Of a DNA stretch of 47,961 bases, positions 12,994-24,952 are shown piece after piece. Each line of letters opens with the position of its first letter. Position 1 is the first letter of the stretch. The DNA is taken from positions 15,456,770-15,504,730 of the forward strand of contig NC_068991.1 of the NCBI RefSeq assembly GCF_001194135.2, given 5' to 3'. The stretch is from Octopus bimaculoides. Its lineage: Eukaryota. The notes beneath the pieces are model-generated. The model was not told where the DNA came from and did not search any database. It worked only from the letters and a program-made list of their open reading frames with translations. Made by a program: the position numbers and the translations under genes.

Positions 12994-13026
12994 ATGGCTA
13001 CTGAATAAGTTGTCACATATTTTTAC

Positions 13027-13060
<34 letters not shown>

Positions 13061-13062
<2 letters not shown>

Positions 13063-13310
13063 CTTGCTTGCTTCATGCTTTTGCTTGATGGCGGCAGAGG
13101 TCTTCCTGAGTTAGTGGTGCCAGGGGCGTCATCTTGCATAGAGCCAACCAGGTCCTCCACCCCTTCCCATTGCTGGTGATTCTGTGTCAACCCCTCTGCA
13201 TCCTCCAAGATGACATTGAGCCTCTGGTGATCTTCCTTATTCACATCCAACCATTTGATGAGGGGCCTGCCATGGGACCTCTTTCAACCCACAGCTGCTG
13301 CCTTGAACAA
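13061..13310 (-). mobile_element. Old RTE-like LINE 3' end (third family), (GCAA)n tail
   Basis: Minus: G*KRSHGRPLIKWLDVNKEDHQRLNVILEDAEGLTQNHQQW, then short UTR and GCAA repeats. Confidence 0.55.
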
Positions 13311-13319
13311 GGCTCATAT

Positions 13320-13785
13320 ATCATCATCATCATCATTGTTTAACGTCCGCTTTCCATGCTAGCATGGGTTGGATTATTTAACTGAGGACTGGCGAACCAG
13401 ATGGCAACACCAGGTTCCAATCTGATTTGGCAGAGTTTCTACAGCTGGATGCCCTTCCTAACGCCAACCACTCCGGGAGTGTAGTGGGTGTTTTTACGTG
13501 CCACCGGCACAAAGACCAGTCGGGCGGTACTGGCAACGGCCACGCTCAAAATGGTGTACTTTACATGCCACCTGCACAGGATCCAGTCCGGCAGCACTGG
13601 CAATGACCTTGTTCAAATGTCTTTTCCCGTGCCATCAGCACAAGTGCCAGGAAGGTGACGCTAGTAACAATCACGCTCAATTGGTGCTATTTAATGTGTC
13701 ACTGGCGCGGAAGCCAGACAGCTGCTCTGGCAATGATCACACTTGGACGGTGTTCTTAGCACTCCACTAGCACAGGTGCCATCAC
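13320..13785 (-). mobile_element. RTE 3' UTR fragment
   Basis: catcattgtttaacgtccgctttccatgctagcatggg...ctggatgcccttcctaacgcc. Confidence 0.85.
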
Positions 13786-14065
13786 ATATATATCCTATTA
13801 TAAATTTGAGTGATGTTTCCCTGTCCATTACGTTTTTATGTTCGTTAACTCCTCCTGGACCGTTGGTGCAAGGACAACGAAACTCAAACCAGCAATTACC
13901 CTAATCCCAGGGAATGTCCTAAGAGGATCTATTTTTTTGAGGGCTACCTAATTGGGGCCCCACTGACCCACCGCCCTCTTTTTACTGCATTTTAAACTAA
14001 ATATATGGCATTGGCAACCAAATCGGAGCAATGACAATGGATTTCATACCATGAACTCCCAAGGA

Positions 14066-14240
14066 CTCAACACAGAGGCATACATCAAGTGCCTGGAGGA
14101 GGTAGTGCTGCCCCGGGTTAAGAGAATCGCTGCTGGAAGAGCTCTCCACCATCCCACACAAGCAGAAGAACCTAGTCATGGCTGTCAGACAATTTCTGTG
14201 ACCACATCACCCCCAACATCTGGCCACCTTATACCCCAGA
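14066..14240 (+). mobile_element. Tc1/mariner transposase fragment, same family as 32107-32533
   Basis: GLNTEAYIKCLEEVVLPRVKRIAAGR...SWLSDNFCDHITPNIWPP..PD (frameshifted); resembles the WPPxSPDLNP motif region. Confidence 0.7.
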
Positions 14241-14944
14241 CTTGGTTATATATATATATGTATGTATGTATTCATTCTATCTATCAAAGAAAGCACAAAC
14301 ACACAAGTTCACATGTACCAGAGTTTTTGCCTTCCATATTCACTCACAAGCCTTTGATCAACTCAAGACTATAGCAGAAGGTATTTGCCCAAGGTTTCGC
14401 ACAGTGGGAGTGAACCTGAAACCATGTGGTTGGGAAGCAAACTTGTTACCTGCACAACCATGTCACCCACATACAAATGGTTCTGTCTCCTTGCTTTGAC
14501 TTCATGTGATACTTGTAAAACGAATGTTTCTGTCATGCAAAAAGTGTCCTTCATTTCCAATCTTCCTTGATCTTTAAAATGTGTCTGGTTGTGGAGAAAT
14601 ATTGCTTTACTTGGAAACAGGTATGGGTTGGCAATAGGCAGGGCATTCAGCCATAGAAACTCAATCTCAACAAACTCCGTCTGTCCCACCAACCAATGAC
14701 AAGCATGAAAAACAAGATGTTAGACGATGATGACGATAGCTATGACGACAACAATGATGATGATGATGATGATGTTAGAGACCTTTCAGTATGTGTGTGC
14801 GTGTGTGTGTGTATTTATAATCCTCAAAACTTTTGGCCTGTGAATTATTTATTTAGCTCTAAAACCAAATAAAAATATACATACTCTTGGATTCTTGAAT
14901 TTTGCATTGTATTTATCATGTTTATTCAATGAAGACTCTCGCTT

Positions 14945-14948
14945 TCTC

Positions 14949-15008
<60 letters not shown>

Positions 15009-15120
15009 CTTCTCTCTGTCTCTTTTTCATTCTGTCTCTTTCTCTTTTTCTTTCTCATTCTCTATATGTATGTTTGTGAATACGTGCATATACCTACACA
15101 GATGTACAAACTACATATGT

Positions 15121-15180
<60 letters not shown>
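14945..15180. repeat. (CT)n and (TG)n microsatellites
   Basis: Direct reading. Confidence 0.9.
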
Positions 15181-15181
<1 letters not shown>

Positions 15182-15884
15182 AATATAGATATATGTATAT
15201 ACATACATTCATACATACATACATTTACATACACATACATACAATAAGATGTTATATAATGAGAGCCAAAAAAGGAAAACAGGCACTTGGAAATATAGGT
15301 CACATATATCAAGAAATAGGACATATATATATATGTATATATATATATATAAACATGTGTAATGTATTTATTTTCAAGTGTTTATTCATTTCTGGCTATA
15401 ATTAGACCATCAGTCAGAATGTATTGCGATATTTCCTGCAGCTCTACGCAGGAAATATTTCAATTTGTGTATATAAGGAACCACTTTTCACCTAAACACC
15501 TCTTATTAAAAAAAGACGATAGAGCTCAAATTTTCTCTTTTATTAAGGATGTTTTTGTGTTTTCTTTTCAGTCTTTTTACATGTCTGTGATTAGTTGTCA
15601 TTTCTAAAACACATCTACGTTTAAATTAAACACTGTTTATTCATTTATCGTATGCAAACCTAAATACATTCTGTTTTATGGATGTAAGTAAGAATCATAT
15701 TTGCTTATATATGATATGAATTCATGTATAATATATACCCATAATTAAGGGCAATAAACTCTCGGAAGCAAAACATATTTTTCATTTATAATAGGCAGTG
15801 ACTTTTCTTTAGTATTATTACGTTTTAGACTGTTTAGTCAGATTTATTATAATTGCTGTGTAAAATGCAGCAATTATAATGCAG

Positions 15885-16285
15885 CAGCACCTTGAGGGGT
15901 TCAGTCAAACAAATTGACTCCAGCACTCTTTTTTTTAACCTTGGTACTTATTTTATCAGTCTTTTTAGGTAAACTACTAAGTTATGGAATGTAAACCAAC
16001 ATCCACTGGTTGTCAAGTGGTGTCAGGGGACAAACGCTAACACACTCACTTGCAGGGGACACACATACATGCACCCCCACACACACACGTATGAACACAT
16101 ACACACTCACACATGGACATGCTCATGTATATTGACAATAGGCTTGTTTCAGTTTCTCTCAATCAGATCCACTCACAAAGCTTTGTCAGTCCAAGGCTAT
16201 AGTAGAAGACACTGCCCCAAAGTATCACACAGTGGAACTAAACCTGGAACCATGTGGATGGGTAGCAAACTTCTTACCACCTGAG
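15885..16285 (-). mobile_element. SINE type A (diverged), flanked by a 29-bp direct repeat
   Basis: Homology to type A; repeat at 15831-15859 and 16288-16316. Confidence 0.7.
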
Positions 16286-16904
16286 AATGTTTAGCCAGAT
16301 TTATTATAATTGCTGTATAAATATATTTAATGACATAAAAAATGCATGGGCATATTAGATGCATCTCTATATCAGCAGTACATATTCAGGAAAAATATTT
16401 TTAGTGTATGAGAGCTTATAATATTTAAAGTAACTTCACATATATGGAGTTGCTTTTTCAAGACATTGTTTCAGAAAAAAATAGTGTCTTATAAGTCATC
16501 AAATAGCTTACATCTCTTAAATGAACCAAGAATTAAATTCAAATGTGACAACAACTTCTCACTTACAGCCTAAACCAGTAGAGTTTTAAAATCTTTACTG
16601 GTTTAGGCCCATAATTGTAAAGCTGTTTTGATATGAACATTTTGGGTATCACATAATTATATCTTTTAATGAAATAAAGCATATATTACATTTATGAATT
16701 TTTTTTCCGAGATTCTTGATGTGAAATTGGGTGATGAAGCATATTGTTATATTTCGGGATTGACTTTTTTAAAATTTTTTCTGGTGGGTGGGCAGCAAGG
16801 GTAAAAAACGAAAATGACCATCCTGAAATATAACAAAACAATTATTTTTCGTATGTGTATTTCGTGTGCAAGATTCTTGATGTGGATACGTGTGTTGAAA
16901 GAAA

Positions 16905-17125
16905 TACAATTAAACCTTGGGAGAGGCATTATGCTGGTAATAAACACACGCACTATTTCAGTCCTTTATTAATTTATCTTATTTAGGTAAACAACTAAGT
17001 TATGGAATGTAAAAAAAATAAATAAATAAATAAAAAACTAAATACTGTTTATAAATTAATAAAGGACTGAACCAGTGCGTGTGTTTATTACCAGCGTAAT
17101 ACACCTCTCCCAAGGTTTAATTGTA
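16905..17125. repeat. Inverted repeat, ~73-bp arms, enclosing a SINE-A fragment
   Basis: tacaattaaaccttgggagagg...tttattaatttat (16905-16977) vs its reverse complement at 17051-17125. Confidence 0.9.
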
Positions 17126-17292
17126 AAGCAATTATTATTACACATGAATAAATATGATATATCTTCAGTGAAGCAAAAATGTATCTCAGCCCTTTAAAAT
17201 GTATGATAGAGTGACAAGCTCAGATATCAGCAAGAATATAAACCTACCGTTCTAAAATTCTATCTTTCTCTCTCTCTCTCTCTCTTGCACAG

Positions 17293-17736
17293 GTATCTGC
17301 TTCCCACCCCTATTTGGTGAAGCCACGCCGCCGTAGCCGTTGGATATTGTCTGACAACAGCCCAGTAGCCACTCGAATCTGTGTCTTAGACATTGTCTGT
17401 CTACTTCCGTCGACCAGCACCTGGATCCCTATTCCGAGAGGTGACACTCGCAAGATGCTTGCCGATAGCGGCCTCATCAAGAAGCTACAGATCACGTCAA
17501 CATCGACGGAAGACGAGCTGAAGCATATGATCTCGAACCTCTTCAGCGTGTCGTTCAACCTCGCTGAAGATGAGCTGCTTCCTTTCGACTACTTGCGAAC
17601 GCAACCGAGTTGTAAGCGTCTGGTGCGTCCGGAAGTTACAGAGGACTGGCACTGGGGTGGACGTGAAGTGGCTAACCTGGCAGGTCAAGGCTGTTTGTAT
17701 ATCGTCTCCAAGATCCCATTGTCTTTAGATTCAAAG
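17293..17736 (+). CDS. Internal coding exon A (148 aa, phase 0-0) of an uncharacterised protein; domain copy 1
   Basis: (CT)n pyrimidine tract then ttgcacAG at 17291-17292; open frame VSASHPYLVKPRRRSRW...GQGCLYIVSKIPLSLDSK; donor AAG|GTAAGA at 17737. Residues 17374-17721 align without gaps to exon B. Confidence 0.85.
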
Positions 17737-17824
17737 GTAAGACAAATCAGTTCCAATCTTGCTTGTTCGTGTTTTTAATTTGTTACTGTCGTTATTACTA
17801 TCATCCTCCTCATCATCATCGTTA

Positions 17825-17866
<42 letters not shown>

Positions 17867-18054
17867 TTACTAAGGAACAATAAGAAGAATGCGACTGTTA
17901 TTGTATGAAGAATATTTCTATACTTCATGTGTCTTCCACAAGTTCAAAATAATCATCTCAATCTACTTCATTTTGGTAATATTTAAGGATTAATTTTACT
18001 CCTCCCAAAGGTAAAGGAACAATAAGAAGAGCGCAACTGTTATTGAATGAACAA

Positions 18055-18086
<32 letters not shown>

Positions 18087-18088
<2 letters not shown>

Positions 18089-18313
18089 TGTAAAGAATAA
18101 CAAGTTTAGAAAGGTATAACAATGCATGCACTATAGAACAAAAAATGGACTATATACCTGTTGTAACAGACTCCAGCAAATAAGATCTGAAGAAGGAATT
18201 GTAATTCCAAAATATCATCGGACTATAAATAACCAAGTTACAACAGGTATATAGTCCATTTTTTGTTCTATAGTGCATTGTTATACCATTCTAAACTTTT
18301 TATTCTTTACAAA
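18087..18313. repeat. Inverted repeat, ~80-bp arms, 69-bp spacer
   Basis: 18087-18167 is near-perfectly complementary to 18237-18313. Confidence 0.9.
18184..18219 (+). ncRNA. Decayed hammerhead-like motif
   Basis: GAU CUGAAGA A GGAAU-UGUA-AUUCC AAAA UA UC AUC. The core GAAA reads AAAA, so probably inactive; stem I is only 3 bp. Confidence 0.3.
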
Positions 18314-18347
18314 CAATACACAATGCTTCAAGCGAACTACAATACTC

Positions 18348-18381
<34 letters not shown>

Positions 18382-20992
18382 CCAGCATTCCAACACACAG
18401 CCTAGTGGTTATGGTGTTGCACTCACGATCTAGAAATCAGGATTTCAATTCCTAGACTGGGTGGTGCGTTGTGTTCTTGTGCAAAACGCTTCATCTCACC
18501 TTTGCTCTACAATCACTTGGACACCTGACATGTGGTACACTGTGCACCTGTTCAGACAACGTCAATTTGATGGAGCGGCTGAGCTAATGTGCAGCATGAA
18601 CATTTGATCATTATAAACTTGTGCTGGTCATTCAGCAAAAAGCTGAACGCTCATACGCCATCTGCAACAGGAGAACCCATCATTAAAGCATTGGCCAAAA
18701 TACCTTTAAATTCTGAGTTTAGCTCCTGCCAAGGTCAACTTTGTCATCCCTCACTCTAACAATTCTGCCAGCTCAATAATAACAATTGTTATTTCTAATA
18801 TAGGCACAAGGCCTGTAATTTGAAAGAGAGGGCTGGTCACTTACATCAGCCCCAATACTTAGCTAGTACTTTAGCTAGTAAGGATGAAAGGTAAAATTGA
18901 CCGTATCAGAATTTGAACTCAGAATGTAATGAGCCAGAAGAAGTACACTAAGCATTTTGCCTGATGCACTAACGATTCTACTGGCAATTTTAGGGAGATC
19001 AGGTAAGTAGATGACATCAACCCCAGTACTCAGCTGGTACTTATTTTATCAATAGCCAAAACGATGTCAGGTAAGGTTGACCTTGGCAGCATTTGAACTC
19101 ACGATGTAAAGAACCAGAAGAAATGTCATTAAGTGTTTTTTCGAATATGCTTATAATTGTGCTGCTTTGATGATAATAATAACAATAATGATTTCTTTCT
19201 TTTCTTTTTTTTTTTTTTTTGCCACAGTGACATATTACGAAGGGGACATTACAAGGAGAGTTTACAATTTCTGTTGGGGTTTTGCATAAAAGATGGAGGC
19301 AAGAAAAGAGGGAAAATGAGATAAACATATGCATTGTTTGCAAAATATGTGAATACATTTATGATGCTACCCTCCTGATACAGAGGAACCTCTAGTTAGG
19401 GCCAATCAATGAACCCCACTGATCCAAGATGACCCTGACCACCAAGGGCACAAGTTTTCGCCCCCAAGTGTTGTTCTTCAATCTGCAAGAACATGTTTAG
19501 AGAAGGTCCATTCACCCTAACCACTTTTGTCACAGTCATCAACTTTTTGATAGACTTTCCAATGGGAGAACATTTCCCTCTCGACCCACACTTTCCATTC
19601 CAGTTGGATTTACAAAAAGTCAATGGGGACTTAACCAAAAATGATGTCTGTCCTCATCCATGTATGCAACCTCCTTTTTCCATGACCACTAGACAAAGGA
19701 ACACTGTCTGCCTTACCTTGTTAAAAGTAGGTGGTGGAACAATCTTCACTATGGTCTTGGACAAACAGCTCTTTTGATTTAACTCCACAAGTCAGCAATA
19801 CTTGAACACTGCATGAGTGCATGCAATGCAGTTTTGTCACTTTGCACACATCTCCAGTAGACCCACCTGGTTGTACTTCTGTCTTTGTATGGTTTATCTT
19901 AAATGAACAGTGCTCCTCAGTAGCATTGTCAAGCCAGGAATTTCTGGAAGTTATCCATGGTTGTCCCTGGTCTAAAAAGTGGAGGCATATGGCTCAGTGG
20001 TTAGGGTGTTGGACTCATGATCATAAGATTGTGGTTTTGATTCCTGGACCAGGCAACGCGTTGTGTTCTTGAGCGAAACACTTCATTTCACATTGCTTCA
20101 GTCCACTCAGCTGGCAAAAATGAGTAATCATGCGACGGACCAGCGTCCCATCCAGATAAGGGAATATGTACGGGGTTGATAAAATAAGTACCAGTTGAAC
20201 ACTGGGGTCGATGTAATCAACTCATCCCCTTCCTCCAAAATTGTTGCCCTTGTCTAAAAACTGACCAGCATCCTGTTCAGGTGGGGAATTTATATACCAT
20301 GGCCCTTATGAGTCAACATGACCCAAGAAAGTAATTTTACTTTTACCTGGTCTAAAAGTCATCTGAAACAGACCAGGTAGTTCATTCTCATCACCGCCTA
20401 CATTTCCCAAGAATATCATTACTCTTACCTACCTCTAGATCTCTGTATATTGCTAACATAGAATTCCACCAACTGCACAGCTCGACTGGTGGTAAGCAAT
20501 GTGCACCTGATGACATTACAGGTGCCAGGCACCTAGTGTTGGTCTTTTCTTGTCCCACGAATACTATTCAAAGAGATGAACTGCAGAAAGACATATCTTA
20601 CAAACAGAAATGACACCTGCTCATTGTCCAGAAAAATCTGCAGGTGTCACGGCCTCAGCTTGTGTCTGTGTAATAGCCATGGCATGTCAAGACAGCCTTC
20701 AAGAAGTTGCTGGCAACAGGTGGACCGTCTGACCAGTGGAATGCATTCTTCAGCAAAAAATGGAAAAGTAGATGGCTGCAGTCTGACCAAATGTGAACTG
20801 GGACAAGATACAGCAGTGAGGTGATAAGTTATTACAGGGGTGGACAGATCTATTAGGGATCACACACTAATATCAATAATAATAACGATGATGATTTTAA
20901 TAACAATTGTAATTATACCAATGAAATCAGAAATAATATTAGTGATAGTAATATTATTGTTATTCTGCATTCACTCAAATTAGTAGTTAGTT

Positions 20993-21376
20993 GTTGTTGG
21001 CACTCCGTCGCTTACGACGTCGAGGGTTCCAGTTGATCCGATCAACGGAACAGCCTGCTCGTGGAATTAACGTGCAAGTGGCTGAGCACTCCACAGACAC
21101 GTGTACCCTTAACGTAGTTCTCGGGGATATTCAGCGTGACACAGTGTGACAAGGCTGACCCTTTGAATTACAGGCACAACAGAAACAGGAAGTAAGAATG
21201 AAAGAAAGTTGTGGTGGAAGAGTACAGCAGGGGTCGCCACCATCCCCTGCCGGAGCATTGTGGAGGTTTAGGTGTTTCCGCTCAATAAACACTCACAACG
21301 CCCGGTCTGGGAATCGAAACCGCAATCCTATGACCACGAGTCCGTTGCCCTAACCACTGGGCCATTGTGCCTGCAC
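20993..21376 (-). mobile_element. SINE type D, full length, tRNA-derived head, (CAA)n tail
   Basis: Minus: TGGCCCAGTGG A box and GTTTCGATTCC B box; high identity to 24154-24537. Confidence 0.9.
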
Positions 21377-21494
21377 TTTCACTCAAATTACGATGTAGGA
21401 AAAATGAAAGGACCTGTATAGAGATCATTCCAGTCATTTGACTTGTCAGATTGAACTCCTGTCACCAGATATAACAGTTAAGATATAATATATA

Positions 21495-21800
21495 CGTGTA
21501 AAGACATTCGAGCGAGATCGTTGCCAGTGCCGCCGAACTGGCTCCTGTGCAGGTGGCACGTAAAATACACCATTTGAGCGTGGCCGTTGCCAGTACCGCC
21601 TGACTGGCCTTCATACCGGTGGCACATAAAAGCACCTACTACACTCTCGGAGTGGTTGACATTAGGAAGGGCATCCAGCTGTAGAAACTCTGCCAAATCA
21701 GATTGGAGGCTGGTGTAGCCATCTGGTTTCACCAGTCCTCAGTCAAATCGTCCAACCCATGCTAGCATGGAAAGCGGACTTTAAACGACGATGATGATGA
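21495..21800 (+). mobile_element. RTE 3' UTR fragment
   Basis: Shared tail core and (GAT)n. Confidence 0.85.
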
Positions 21801-22272
21801 TCCTCCCACGAAGGATGATGACAGCTACACATCATGGAAAATTGAACTAAAGAAGCTGTAGGTATGGTTGGTGTAAATATCTCGGCTTGCTTATTATAAT
21901 TCCTACCTCTTTGTCGTTTTTACCGCAAAGTGCTTGACCAGCAAATTGAATTCACAGAAAACCAATTTCTTTTTTTGCTGTTTTAAAATCACAGATCCAT
22001 TTAGCTAATCACCCACTTGAAATATTCATTATGATATCATCATCATCATCTTTATCATTGTCGTGATGATCATTTTAATGTCCGATTTTTCATGTTTGCA
22101 GGGGTTAGACAGAATTTATTGAGGCATATTTTTCTGCCTGGGTAACCCCTTCTTTCACCAGCATCCCCTGTTTCCTCATGGCCAGCCATGTTTTCATGAA
22201 AGGCTGGAAATGATTGATATTGCTTGTATGATGGTGATGCTCGTTTACAACCTACATGCAATGTTGTGATGA

Positions 22273-22312
<40 letters not shown>

Positions 22313-22316
<4 letters not shown>

Positions 22317-22706
22317 TCTTTTACTTGTTTCAGTCGTTTGACTGCGGCCATGCTGGAGCACCGCCTTTAGTCGAGCAAATCGACCCCAGGACTTATTCTT
22401 TGTAAGCCTAGTACTTATTCTATCGGTTCCTTTTGCTGAACCGCTAAGTTACGGGGACGTAAACACACCAGCATTGGTTGTCAAGCGATGTTGGGGGGAC
22501 AAACACAGACACACAAACACATACACACACATACATATATATACATATATACGACGGGCTTCTTTCAGTTTCCGTCTACCAAATCCACTCACAAGGCTTT
22601 GGTCAGCCCGAGGCTATAGTAGAAGACACTTGCCCAAGGTGCCACACAGTGGGACTGAACCCAGAACCATGTGGTTGGTAAGCAAGCTACTTACCACACA
22701 GCCACT
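22313..22706 (-). mobile_element. SINE type A, near full length
   Basis: Reverse complement of the 42354-42746 structure. Confidence 0.88.
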
Positions 22707-22895
22707 ATATAGACACCAGTGTGACTGTATTTTTGAGAAGCCTACTTCCCAACTATGTGTGTTTGGGTTCAATCCTACTGCACAGCACCTTGGACAAGTG
22801 TCTTCTGTTGTAGCCCTGGACTGAATAAAGCCTTGTGAAAGGATTTTGAAGACGGAAACTGAAAGAAGCTCAAATATGTGTGTGTGTGTTTGTAT

Positions 22896-22942
<47 letters not shown>

Positions 22943-24153
22943 TGCACCCTTGTCTAGACATCATATGTTGGTTGTAAATGAGTATATATGTCATGCATGC
23001 GAGGTTATTCTTTCCCAGTTTTCTGTAAAAAAGCATGTCTAGCAATGGGAAGATATTACTTTTCTTGGAAACAGATTAGGGTTGGTTACAAGAACGTGGA
23101 TCTGGTTGTAGCATATATACCTCAACAAATCCTATCTGGAAAAGTGGATGTCAAAAATAACAACGAGCTTCTTTCAATTTCCATCTATTAAATCCACTTG
23201 CAAGGCTTTGGTCAGCCTAGGGCTACAGTAAAAAGCACATGCCCGAGGTGCCATGCACTGGGAGTGAACCTAGAACCTCATGATTAGCATTTCACTTTTG
23301 AAATCTTTTAAAACTACACAGATACACTGCTATGTGTGTGTCTTATATGATTGCTTTTGTAAAATTTGATTATCTTATTTTAACTCCTGGATTTAGCCAT
23401 CGTTTCTTCTATACTGTATAAGAATGGCACTCCATAGGTTAGAACAATGAGGATTCTAGGTGATCCAAGCAACTGAATAGTCTGCTTGTGAAATTAACGT
23501 GTACGTGGCTGAGTATTCCACAGACATGTGTACACTTATTGTAGTTCTCAGAGAGATTCAGTGTGACACGAGTATGACAAGGCTGGTTCTTTGAAATACA
23601 GGTACTACTCATTTCTGCCAGCTGAGTGAACTGGAGCAACATGTCACCAGGAATTGAACTCATGAACTTGTGATTGTGAGCCAAATAACTTAACCACTCA
23701 GCCATGTGCCTTCACTCATATAAGAATACAGGCATCACATTCTAAATACTCATTTATGGCACAGTTCTGTTTGTTCTAATACAATTTTTGGTCTATCACA
23801 GTAAATTTTATTATCACCCAGATTTCAGTCCGTTGCCACATGTCACTCATTCTTTGGCCTCTGTTCCTCAGAGCCATCTAGTCTGGTGCCACCTTCACAG
23901 GTGCACTCTCAACTAAACTCATTATCCCTCTTATTTTTACCCTTATGTCCAAACTCCCATACCCGGCACTTACCACTATTCTACATCTGCCTCCTCATAA
24001 TATTGGTCCTCTAGAATCCCCCCACCCCCTGCACGATGTTCATTGTATCAATTCCACCAGTCTTGGAGGACTTGTGAAAACCATGAGCAATTGCTCCTTC
24101 TGTCCGGATCTAATTGCTGAAATAAAGACAATCTGCATTCCACAAATTGTTTT

Positions 24154-24537
24154 TGTTGGCACTCCATCGCTTACGACGTCGAGGGTTCCAGTTGATCCGA
24201 TCAACGGAACAGCCTGCTCGTGAAATTAACGTGCAAGTGGCTGAACACTCCACTAGACACGTGTACCCTTAACGTAGTTTTCAGGGATATTCAGCGTGAC
24301 ACAATGTGACACGGCTGACCCTTTGAATTACAGGCACAAAAGAAACAGGAGGTAAGAGTGAGAGAAAGTTGTGGTAGAAGAGTACAGCAGGGTTCGCCAC
24401 CATTCCCTGCCGGAGCCTCCTGGAGCTTTTAGGTGTTTTCGCTCAATAAACACTCACAACGCCCGGTCTGGGAATCGAAACTGCAATCCTATGACCGCGA
24501 GTCCGCTGCCCTAACCACTGGGCCATTGCGCCTCCAC
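24154..24537 (-). mobile_element. SINE type D, full length
   Basis: Same structure as 20993-21376. Confidence 0.9.
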
Positions 24538-24779
24538 GCATTCCACAAACACACAGAGTGCAATGGGAAGACTTTTTTGAGAGGAGAAATATCTCGGTCT
24601 TCACAGCATTTATTTTCATCTTTATCCTACAACACTTGGCAGTGAAGCCATTTAATACAAGCTGGAGATTATCTTCTGATCAACCAAATAGTACCATGTC
24701 ATCTACAAATGTGAGCCAACCAATCCCCACTTAATGAAGGATCTTTGGAATATCATTACTCAAGAAGGTGTGTAGCTTG

Positions 24780-24952
24780 GAGTCTTTCCGAGTTCAAGCT
24801 GCTACTTCTCCATATCAAGAGGTTACAGCTCTGATACTATGGATATGTGGTCAGAATGCTGCAGGAAAGAATTATACAACAGATTCTTCAACTAAGCCAA
24901 CTAGCAGGAGACCTAGTGGTAGACCATAAATGGAATGGTTGGATAATAATAA
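24780..24952 (+). mobile_element. Old RTE-like LINE 3' fragment (second family)
   Basis: LLLHIKRLQL*YYGYVVRMLQERIIQQIL/KPTSRRPSGRP*MEWLDN (frameshifted). Confidence 0.6.

Larger units (their letters stand above)
12671..13030. mobile_element. Inverted ~109-bp arms across an assembly gap; probable Penelope-like pLTR remnant
   Basis: 12671-12779 is the reverse complement of 12921-13030 with about 3 differences; both arms contain the hammerhead motif; (TA)n lies on both sides. Confidence 0.5.

Noticed and set aside
19396-19980. Unique-looking segment with 80-94 aa ORFs, perhaps an LTR or LINE relic
   Set aside because: No motif I can name with confidence and no splice signals.
24460-24537. tRNA gene (also heads at 21300-21376, 19980-20055, 2225-2290)
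   Set aside because: A and B boxes are present, but there is no complete acceptor stem and each runs into a SINE body; these are tRNA-derived SINE heads.
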